A stretch of 64,000 nt of DNA from Eledone cirrhosa (taxonomy: Eukaryota), in contig OZ024742.1 in NCBI GenBank assembly GCA_964016885.1, positions 51,398,001 to 51,462,000 on the forward strand, read 5' to 3'. Made by a program: the position numbers and the translations under genes. This document shows positions 54,471 through 64,000 of the stretch, piece by piece. Below the pieces are notes generated by a model, which did no database searches, was not told the origin of the DNA, and worked only from the letters and a program-made list of their open reading frames with translations. Numbering within the stretch: position 1 is the first letter of the stretch; every line of letters starts with the position of its first letter.

Positions 54471-54611
54471 ATTTCTGAAGACAGCAGATATATGTGTAAG
54501 TATGTATATTCCCTCTGATAGTTTGTAAATTTTACATAAATTTTTACTTAGATCTATATGATAAACATACCAACACACACATATAGATCCTAGAAACGAT
54601 CGTAAAATGAT
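54468..54611 (+). ncRNA. Long-helix-II type I HHR (upstream pLTR copy)
   Basis: AUUAUUU-CUGAAGA-...-GAAA-CGAUCG-UA-AAAUGAU. Confidence 0.75.
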
Positions 54612-54905
54612 GAATTTTTGAATATAAGGAACTGTTTCTATATTTTTTTCATTGTTTTTTATTAATTTATCTTGACTCTGTTTTCCTGTGATTTTCATCG
54701 AAAACATTTTTGAATACATCTCTTTTCATGATATTTGGATTACATTGAGTTCTTCATACGGATTTGACACTACCGTATAGTTTTGGTAGATTTATCTACA
54801 TACTTTGCTCCTAATTTTAGACAGGTATTCATATTTTAATATATATTTTTTATATTTATATATATAATTTTATAACTCCCTATATATATAGTTGAGCTCT
54901 CTTTC

Positions 54906-57405
54906 TTGGAAAAACAATACTTGGGAACTTCTCTAAAGAATATACCAATATCTTCTAAGGATGAATTCTTACTTCTTATGATACAAAAAACCAACCAATT
55001 CATCAAAATGGTCAGATGGAGGGCCTACCACTTTGATAAAAAAACAAAATGTACTGATAAGAAATATTTATATGATTTCACTACATATAAGAACCCACTA
55101 CACAACTCCTTGCTTGAAAACTTCGAGAAAGACCTTTTTAACTTTAACAAACACCTCAAATTTAAGAAATATAAATCTAATTTTCATAAGGATCTTGATT
55201 CTACACTATTGGATCTAAAAAAATCTAACAAAATCCACGTCCACTCTGACAAACTGGAAATCTGTACCACATGGATATTGATAATTACAATGAGTTCATT
55301 TATAAAGAACTCAGGAAAAATTATAAAAAAACAAATAATGTGACACTTACCAATATCAACAACAAAACATACAACATAGTAAATAAACTCAATATTTAAG
55401 ATAGAACTGAACCTTTGGCACTGAAAAAAAAAAACACTTTAACCTGAAAGATCACAAATCTAATTTTAACTCTAATCCTTCTATAAGACTTATATGCCCT
55501 TCCAAATCTGACATTGACATCATTAGAAACATTTTTTTAGATAGAGTCATCCCACAATTAAGAAAACGTGTTAATTTACCACTCTGGGAAAACACATCCC
55601 AGGTAATTAACTGGTTTACTAATATTAGAATTAAATCATCTACTTCATTTCTACAATTCGATATAAATGCTTATTATCGCTCTATATCACCCATACTCCT
55701 GAACAAAGCCTTGATATTTGCCAAAAATAGATCAAACTTAACTATGGATGACATTAATATTATCACGCACGCTAGACAAACCCTACTGGAATTTCAGAAG
55801 GAATACTGGACAAGAAATACATATAGTAATCTATTCGACATTACTATGGGCTCTAGTGATTCTGCCCAGATTACCCATCTTGTGGGCCTCTTTCATCTAT
55901 TTAACATAAATGCTTCTTTTCCCCACCTTAAAGGTGGTTTATATCGTGATGACTATCCTCTTCTTTCCACTAACCTTAGCCTATCAGAAATTGAAAAAAA
56001 TAAAAAAAACTTATTAGAACTTTCCTCAAAGACTACTATAATCTCATTATTACATTTGAAAACACCAGTAAAGTAGTTAATTTCCTTGATATAACTTTAG
56101 ACATATCTACGGGTATCTACCAAACTTACCATACACCTAATCAAAACTTACATTACATACACTCACAATCTAATCACCCTAGATCTATCCTTAAAAACCT
56201 AGCATATAATATCTCACTCAAAATTTATAACCTTTCATCTAACCAGGTTGTATTCGATAAAAATGCGACCTTTTATAACGAAGCTTTAGATAGAAGCTGC
56301 CACGAAAGTTGATTAGTCTATATACCTTGTACCAATAATACTTCAAACATACAACCCAATATTACCAACAAACACCAAATGAAAAACAGACACCTAAATG
56401 CCACTCACATTATACCCAAAAATTCCAACTTAAAACTTAATTTCTCTACCTCTTCTCACATACAATCTAATAACTTTCAAAAAAATATTCATCCTAATAC
56501 TCCTATATACGTTAATAACATTACTAACAAATTCCTAATAATCAGACTAAAACACCTAAATCAGTTAATCTAACTAAACATATGTATAATAAATTCACTA
56601 ATACTAACTCTCTTAGTAAACATCCTGATACATCGTATAACTATAAAAAACAACATCGAAACCGTAATAGACGAGTTACTTGGTATAATGCTCCATTTAA
56701 TCTATAAATTAAAGATAATATCTCTAAAACATTTTTTACTATCCTAGAGAAAAACTTCCTGCCAAGCCATAAATACCATCACATTTTAAATAGATCAACG
56801 GTCAAATTTTCCTACTCCACTACCGAAAATATACAACAAAATATAAGTGCCTACAATGCATATAAATGTAAACAAACCATGAATATACCACCAACACATC
56901 AAACTAACCATAATACTAAAATAAACCGCAACAAAGCACCATCTCATTTGACTAACTCCCCTGATATAATATTCACGAATGGTTGTAACTGTAGAAACAA
57001 AGCAAATTGCCCACTAAAAGGAAATTGTCTGATTAATAACATAGTATATAAATGTAAAATTAGCACTAAGGACTCAACTTATTCATATATAGGAGCTACT
57101 TCTAACCAATTTAAAGTAAGGTTTAATACCCACAAACATAGTTTTTAAAATGCCGCATTAGCTAATACAACATCCTTGGCAGAAATAATTAATAATTATA
57201 GAAAAAAGAATATCGATTATAACCTGGCCTGGAGTGTTCTCAAAAGGGCCACCCCTTATCAAAATAACAGATATGAGTGTAGATTATGTTCCCAAGAATT
57301 TTTTGAAATAATGAAATCTAAGGATATCCTATTAATTAAGCGACAATAATTAATTATATCGTGCAATCATAGAATTAGAAGAACTTTCAAATATTATAAA
57401 CCTAA
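54906..57405 (+). pseudogene. PLE ORF, multiply frameshifted
   Basis: ORF fragments 54906, 55711, 56379 and 56879 in domain order. Confidence 0.8.
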
Positions 57406-58121
57406 TTAATATACACCTTACACTTTTATTTTACAAATTATTATAATTAGTTTTTTAAATTTTTAATTTAGTTAACCTATAATTAGTATTTTACTGCTGA
57501 GAACTTCATAATTTTATTTAACCTTTACAGCTCTATTTTCCTAAAATTAATACCTATAAGTATACATATAAACTATTTTAATTTCCTGTTATGAATCTAA
57601 ATTCCTTGTTGTCTATATACGTTTCATATTTCTCACTAATACATTTAACCAAAAGAAAAAAATGTTTCCATCGTTTTTAGCAACATTATTTAATAACATC
57701 TAACTCTTATTTATCACATCTATATGAATTAATATAAATGTATCCCTATAAGTATACCTATCAATTAAATTAATTTAATTTCTTGTTATAGATCTAAATT
57801 CCTTGTGTTTTAAATAAGATTGTTATTTCTCACTAACACATTTACCCTAAAATGTTATTCTCCTTCGATTTTAACATTAGCATTATTATTTCATAACATA
57901 AAATTTTCGTCTACCTTTCACCGGCTTGACCTCTTTTCATTCAAAGTATTCTTTCCATTCAAAACTGAAGTCTACATTCCTCTACACTTAAATTAAATTT
58001 CTACTATTACTATTCTATCAACTTGACCACTCACTACTTTTCTATTGGTCAATTCAAAACCTGTTCCCAAACTGACCTATTATATTAAATTTGTGTAGTT
58101 TTTTTTTCCAATAAACAAAAA

Positions 58122-58275
58122 TCATTATTTCTGAAGACAGCATATATATGTGTAGGTATGTATATTCCCTCTGATAATTTGTAAAATGTTTACATACATT
58201 TTTACACAGATCTATATGATATACATACCAACACACACACACATATATATCCTAGAAACGATCGTAAAATGATGA
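58122..58275 (+). ncRNA. Long-helix-II (117 nt) type I HHR (3' pLTR copy)
   Basis: UCAUUAUUU/AAAUGAUGA 9-bp helix I; CUGAAGA; helix II AUAUAUAUGUGU/ACACAUAUAUAU and GGUAUGUAUAU/AUAUACAUACC; GAAA-CGAUCG-UA. Confidence 0.8.
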
Positions 58276-58327
58276 ATCTTTTCACATAAGAAACTGTTCT
58301 TTGTTTTTATTCATTGTTGTTATTAAT

Positions 58328-58364
<37 letters not shown>

Positions 58365-58468
58365 AATGAAGTAATTCCATCGGAAAAGTCCAGGAAAAAA
58401 GAGTGCTCTATGTAAGCAACAGAGCTTAATTATTATTATTATGTAATAAACAACATAAGGCAATTATT

Positions 58469-58524
58469 CCATTTACCAGTGGTTTCTTAAAAGCAAAAGG
58501 TTTTGCTTTCAATCCTCAGAATGA
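58469..58524 (-). ncRNA. Type I HHR with intact core
   Basis: Minus: UCAUU-CUGAGGA-UUGAAAGCAAAA CC UUUUGCUUUUAA-GAAA-CC ACU GG-UA-AAUGG. Confidence 0.85.
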
Positions 58525-58639
58525 AAAATCCTGGTTTGTTTATTGAATATGGATTCTAAAAACGAAAATGCAATCTATATGAAAGTGAGGCTGGAAAAGG
58601 GAGAAGGAAAGGAAAAATAAAATAAAATAAAATAAAACT

Positions 58640-58740
58640 ACACATGCAAACACACACAAAAAAACACAAAAGCATACTTACACACACACACATATATACA
58701 CATATAATTTGCACGCATACACATATACACATACACATAC

Positions 58741-58785
<45 letters not shown>

Positions 58786-58950
58786 CACATACATACACAT
58801 ATATATATATAAAGAGCGTACACCTACACACACATATACACATATATATACACACATATACACATACATATATTCATACATACACACGCACACACACACA
58901 CACACACATATATACACACACACACACATATACATACACATGTACATATC

Positions 58951-58996
<46 letters not shown>

Positions 58997-59433
58997 CATA
59001 TACACACATATACACATATACATACACACACACACACATGTGTGTGTACAAGCCTACACATACACACACACATATATATACACACACATATACATACATT
59101 CACACAAACATACAACGTACATACATACATACATATACATGAATGCACTCCACTACATATCAACACACGCAAATAAATATAAGAAAAAAATATATAAATA
59201 ATATTAACAAATATTTGACAGCGATACATGCCCCAGCTAACAGGACAGACACGCGTGGTAAGTAATACACACATAAGCACATATACATACGTTCGAAATA
59301 GTAAACACATACACACACTCTCACACATAAATATACATATACAAATACGTACATACACATACATACGCAAACACGTACACGTATACAATATAAACACACA
59401 CATGTATATGTAATTATATACACACACACACAC

Positions 59434-59470
<37 letters not shown>

Positions 59471-60200
59471 CAAAATATAAAAATATAAACGCACACACAC
59501 ATATAAATACGTAAACACACATATACATACATAGCTAAACAATTATACACATGCAAATACGTATATATCAAAAGAACGCACAACCAAATACAAACACACA
59601 CACATATATACACACACACACACACCCACACACAAACCCACACATACATAAAAATAAATAAAAACACACGCAACATATACATACATACACATACATATAC
59701 ATACACACATGTACATATATATACACACACATACATATACACAAATATATATATACATACATATATATACACACATACACGTACACATACACACATGCAT
59801 ACACATACACACACACATATACATGTGTGTATGTGTAAAGCTCAGTATTAGATAAGACAAATGAACCTTACATAAACGTATATATAGTAGTAAAGTAATA
59901 AAGCCATACAAGGCAATTAATCCATTCACCAGAGGTTTCTTAAAAGCAAAAAAAGTTTCCTTCAATCTTCAGAATGAAATATACAAATATATACACACAT
60001 ACAGACACGCACACACACATATATATATATACATATATATATATATGTACATATATACATATATATACATACAGACATATATACATACACACATATACAC
60101 ACACATACATATACATACATACATACACATACATATACATACACAAACATACACGTACACATATACATATATACACACAAAAATACATACACATACACAT
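58640..60200. repeat. Long (CA)/(TA)/(CATA) compound microsatellite within the PLE 3' region
   Basis: Direct reading. Confidence 0.9.
59922..59977 (-). ncRNA. Type I HHR paralogue with GUG cleavage triplet (probably inactive)
   Basis: Minus: UCAUU-CUGAAGA-UUGAAGG...CUUUUAA-GAAA-CC UCU GG-UG-AAUGG; downstream of the minus-strand PLE. Confidence 0.7.
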
Positions 60201-60366
60201 AGGTATGTGAAGGGCAAAACAAAAAGAATATATGGGGTGGGGGGCCTAGAGGAGGTAAAAATATAAAGGGAGGTAAGGGAGAAAAAAATATTTTTAAAAA
60301 CAAGAGTACAGAAGGTAGAAGCAGCAAAATAAACGCCGTAGCAAAAGTAAAGAGCAGAGAAGGAGT

Positions 60367-62173
60367 TCAAGGCGGTTGATTTATCGTAGGAGTGTCAATC
60401 CAGTTACAGATCAGATGCGATTTCAGATGAGGACAGCATCTGAAGATCTCAGTCTTAGAGTTAAGGCAAGCGGAAGTGTCTCTCAAGTTTAGCAAAATCC
60501 TATACTTTTCTGTGGTACACAAAGAACAATTCTTTGTGCCCCTTTGGTACTCCCTCGAATGGTCTAATATAGACCAATCAATAGAGTACGGGATATTACT
60601 ATCCTTGAGATCCCATACCTTACTTGCGAGGGCCGTTGATGTTCGTTTATCTGAGTGTTTAAAAGAAGCGACATGTGAGTAAAATCTGGTTTTAAACCTG
60701 TCCTGGGTCATACCGACATATCGCTCGCTTCTGGCTGGCTGGTTGTTGATAACTGGCGTTATTTTAGCCTCATAAACGACAGATTTTGTTTTACATTTAC
60801 CCTGCAATGGGCATTCATCCGGCTTCCTGCAACTGCATCCTGGATTTATCCTCGTACGGTTTGAACTGGTGATTTTGGATTTCATGGATGGACAACAAGA
60901 GTAGCTGATCTTAACTACATTCCTATTAAAAATCTTATAATATCTATGAATAGGAGGAAAATGTTTGTCTAATAGTTCAAGGAATTTCCTTCCTACATTA
61001 GTTTTGACATTTAGAGAGAAGGGGGGTGTGAACCAAATAATCTTCCTTTTCCTGTTATTATGGTTAGTTTTAGGGGGGGGGAATAGGTAAATAAGAAATA
61101 TTTTCTGTAAAACCGCTGTTCTTAAGGGCTTTATTATAATAAGGGGCGGCTTTATTAAAAATGTCTATAGACGAAGATAAAGTAGAAATCCTACGGCTAA
61201 TGTTAGGAATAAGATTATTAAAAACTATAGGGGGATGGCAAGACTCTTTGTGTATATACCTAAGATTTTCATTAGGTTTATGATAGGGTTTAAAAGAGGC
61301 AGTAAGTAGATCAAGATTAATATCAAGAAAGTTAGCATTAGTAAGGTTCGTATCTATAGTAATTTTAAGGTTAAGATTAGCAAAGGTACTAATTAAATCT
61401 TTACGGAATTTATCAAGATTATGGCCATTGGTGGTATGAGAAACTGCTAATCCGTCATCACGGTATAAACCGATATTATGGGACGGAAATTTCTCTTTGA
61501 GTGTGTGGAGAAGGAATAATCCTACTAAGTCGCACACATCCGCACTGTCATAAGAACCCATTGCAACATCGAAAGAGTTTTCAGGGTTTGACTTTTTAAC
61601 CCAAATCTTATCATTAGTAAAAAGTAAAGTTTTTCTGGCATGAAAGATAATGTCCTCTTCTAATTTGGAGATATTAATGAAGGGTCTTGCAAAATCTAAG
61701 GCTTTAGTTAATAAGGAAACGGTAATAGAAGGGTAAAAATCGACAATATCAAATTGCGTAAATCTACACTTATTTTTACCTTGTATATTATTGAACCAAG
61801 AAATAACAGAGGAAGTATTTAGCCACTGTGAAAGGACAGTGTTAGTTCTAATTTGGATAATTATTTTTCTTAAGATTTTCTTACTAGCAAGGCCAACCTC
61901 GGATTTAGCCGGGTTAATCAGTCTACAACTAGGTCGATTAGTAAAGTCCAATTTATGGTCTTTAAGGGTAATATATGCTTTACGCTTAGCTAAGCTTTCA
62001 ATCCGGTTATCTATTTGTAAAGAACTAGCTAGTTCTTTAGCTTCTTTATTGATAGTATTGTAGCTATTATTATTAGTTAATTGATATTTATTGGTAATAC
62101 TATTAGTTAAAAGTTGGTTATACAAATTACTATTAACTTCAAAGAGGTTTTTGGTTTTATCAGAAAAAACCAA
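60367..62173 (-). pseudogene. PLE RT/GIY-YIG ORF (Naiad-like, tentative), 5'-truncated, +1 frameshift in the G-run at ~61073
   Basis: Mirror of 62206-63963; G9 here versus C8 in the plus copy. Confidence 0.9.
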
Positions 62174-62205
62174 AAACCAAAAACCTCTTTGAAGTTAATA
62201 GTAAT

Positions 62206-63963
62206 TTGTATAACCAACTTTTAACTAATAGTATTACCAATAAATATCAATTAACTAATAATAATAGCTACAATACTATCAATAAAGAAGCTAAAGAACT
62301 AGCTAGTTCTTTACAAATAGATAACCGGATTGAAAGCTTAGCTAAGCGTAAAGCATATATTACCCTTAAAGACCATAAATTGGACTTTACTAATCGACCT
62401 AGTTGTAGACTGATTAACCCGGCTAAATCCGAGGTTGGCCTTGCTAGTAAGAAAATCTTAAGAAAAATAATTATCCAAATTAGAACTAACACTGTCCTTT
62501 CACAGTGGCTAAATACTTCCTCTGTTATTTCTTGGTTCAATAATATACAAGGTAAAAATAAGTGTAGATTTACGCAATTTGATATTGTCGATTTTTACCC
62601 TTCTATTACCGTTTCCTTATTAACTAAAGCCTTAGATTTTGCAAGACCCTTCATTAATATCTCCAAATTAGAAGAGGACATTATCTTTCATGCCAGAAAA
62701 ACTTTACTTTTTACTAATGATAAGATTTGGGTTAAAAAGTCAAACCCTGAAAACTCTTTCGATGTTGCAATGGGTTCTTATGACAGTGCGGATGTGTGCG
62801 ACTTAGTAGGATTATTCCTTCTCCACACACTCAAAGAGAAATTTCCGTCCCATAATATCGGTTTATACCGTGATGACGGATTAGCAGTTTCTCATACCAC
62901 CAATGGCCATAATCTTGATAAATTCCGTAAAGATTTAATTAGTACCTTTGCTAATCTTAACCTTAAAATTACTATAGATACGAACCTTACTAATGCTAAC
63001 TTTCTTGATATTAATCTTGATCTACTTACTGCCTCTTTTAAACCCTATCATAAACCTAATGAAAATCTTAGGTATATACACAAAGAGTCTTGCCATCCCC
63101 CTATAGTTTTTAATAATCTTATTCCTAACATTAGCCGTAGGATTTCTACTTTATCTTCGTCTATAGACATTTTTAATAAAGCCGCCCCTTATTATAATAA
63201 AGCCCTTAAGAACAGCGGTTTTACAGAAAATATTTCTTATTTACCTATTCCCCCCCCTAAAACTAACCATAATAACAGGAAAAGGAAGATTATTTGGTTC
63301 ACACCCCCCTTCTCTCTAAATGTCAAAACTAATGTAGGAAGGAAATTCCTTGAACTATTAGACAAACATTTTCCTCCTATTCATAGATATTATAAGATTT
63401 TTAATAGGAATGTAGTTAAGATCAGCTACTCTTGTTGTCCATCCATGAAATCCAAAATCACCAGTTCAAACCGTACGAGGATAAATCCAGGATGCAGTTG
63501 CAGGAAGCCGGATGAATGCCCATTGCAGGGTAAATGTAAAACAAAATCTGTCGTTTATGAGGCTAAAATAACGCCAGTTATCAACAACCAGCCAGCCAGA
63601 AGCGAGCGATATGTCGGTATGACCCAGGACAGGTTTAAAACCAGATTTTACTCACATGTCGCTTCTTTTAAACACTCAGATAAACGAACATCAACGGCCC
63701 TCGCAAGTAAGGTATGGGATCTCAAGGATAGTAATATCCCGTACTCTATTGATTGGTCTATATTAGACCATTCGAGGGAGTACCAAAGGGGCACAAAGAA
63801 TTGTTCTTTGTGTACCACAGAAAAGTATAGGATTTTGCTAAACTTGAGAGACACTTCCGCTTGCCTTAACTCTAAGACTGAGATCTTCAGATGCTGTCCT
63901 CATCTGAAATCGCATCTGATCTGTAACTGGATTGACACTCCTACGATAAATCAACCGCCTTGA
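62206..63963 (+). CDS. PLE reverse transcriptase plus GIY-YIG endonuclease, open frame but 5'-truncated
   Basis: FDIVDFYPSI, FDVAMGSYDSA, GLYRDDGL, CSCRKPDECPLQGKC, SVVY..RYVG, R..SH, CSLCTTEK, CPH. Confidence 0.9.
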   Translation: MYNQLLTNSITNKYQLTNNNSYNTINKEAKELASSLQIDNRIESLAKRKAYITLKDHKLDFTNRPSCRLINPAKSEVGLASKKILRKIIIQIRTNTVLSQWLNTSSVISWFNNIQGKNKCRFTQFDIVDFYPSITVSLLTKALDFARPFINISKLEEDIIFHARKTLLFTNDKIWVKKSNPENSFDVAMGSYDSADVCDLVGLFLLHTLKEKFPSHNIGLYRDDGLAVSHTTNGHNLDKFRKDLISTFANLNLKITIDTNLTNANFLDINLDLLTASFKPYHKPNENLRYIHKESCHPPIVFNNLIPNISRRISTLSSSIDIFNKAAPYYNKALKNSGFTENISYLPIPPPKTNHNNRKRKIIWFTPPFSLNVKTNVGRKFLELLDKHFPPIHRYYKIFNRNVVKISYSCCPSMKSKITSSNRTRINPGCSCRKPDECPLQGKCKTKSVVYEAKITPVINNQPARSERYVGMTQDRFKTRFYSHVASFKHSDKRTSTALASKVWDLKDSNIPYSIDWSILDHSREYQRGTKNCSLCTTEKYRILLNLRDTSACLNSKTEIFRCCPHLKSHLICNWIDTPTINQPP

Positions 63964-64000
63964 ACTCCTTCTCTGCTCTTTACTTTTGCTACGGCCTTTA

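Larger units (their letters stand above)
53058..58330 (+). mobile_element. Penelope-like element (Naiad-like, tentative): inverted tail, partial upstream copy (53231-54800), then full copy with 3' pLTR
   Basis: SLKNIP N-terminus, FDITMGSSDSA, GGLYRDD, CNCRNKANCPLKGNC, NIVY..SYIG; 53235-54700 repeats 57077-58330; 53058-53230 is the inverse of 54630-54800. Confidence 0.9.

Overview
AT-rich eukaryotic, microsatellite-dense, repeat-only window with no host gene I can support. The SINE families and repeat style suggest an octopus/cephalopod genome, which is an inference. It contains Tx1/L1-like LINEs, Dong/R4-like RLE LINEs nested tail-to-tail in (ATT)n tracts, a tRNA-derived SINE family, a mariner relic and at least five Penelope-like elements (PLEs) with RT and GIY-YIG domains and typical tandem/inverted arrangements. 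The main hidden signal is non-coding. More than 15 type-I hammerhead ribozyme (HHR) folds from at least 7 sequence families can be read by eye. They include a 4 x 310-bp retrozyme-like array, HHRs with very long (47-117 nt) helix II inserts, family-specific palindromic helix III sequences, a conserved CAGAAGA (U4A) core variant in a mini-PLE that keeps the RT YRDD motif, and fold-back junctions that fall on HHRs. A nested pseudoknot with HDV-like helix order lies at the 5' end of the Dong element. All RNA folds were paired by hand, and no catalytic activity has been shown.
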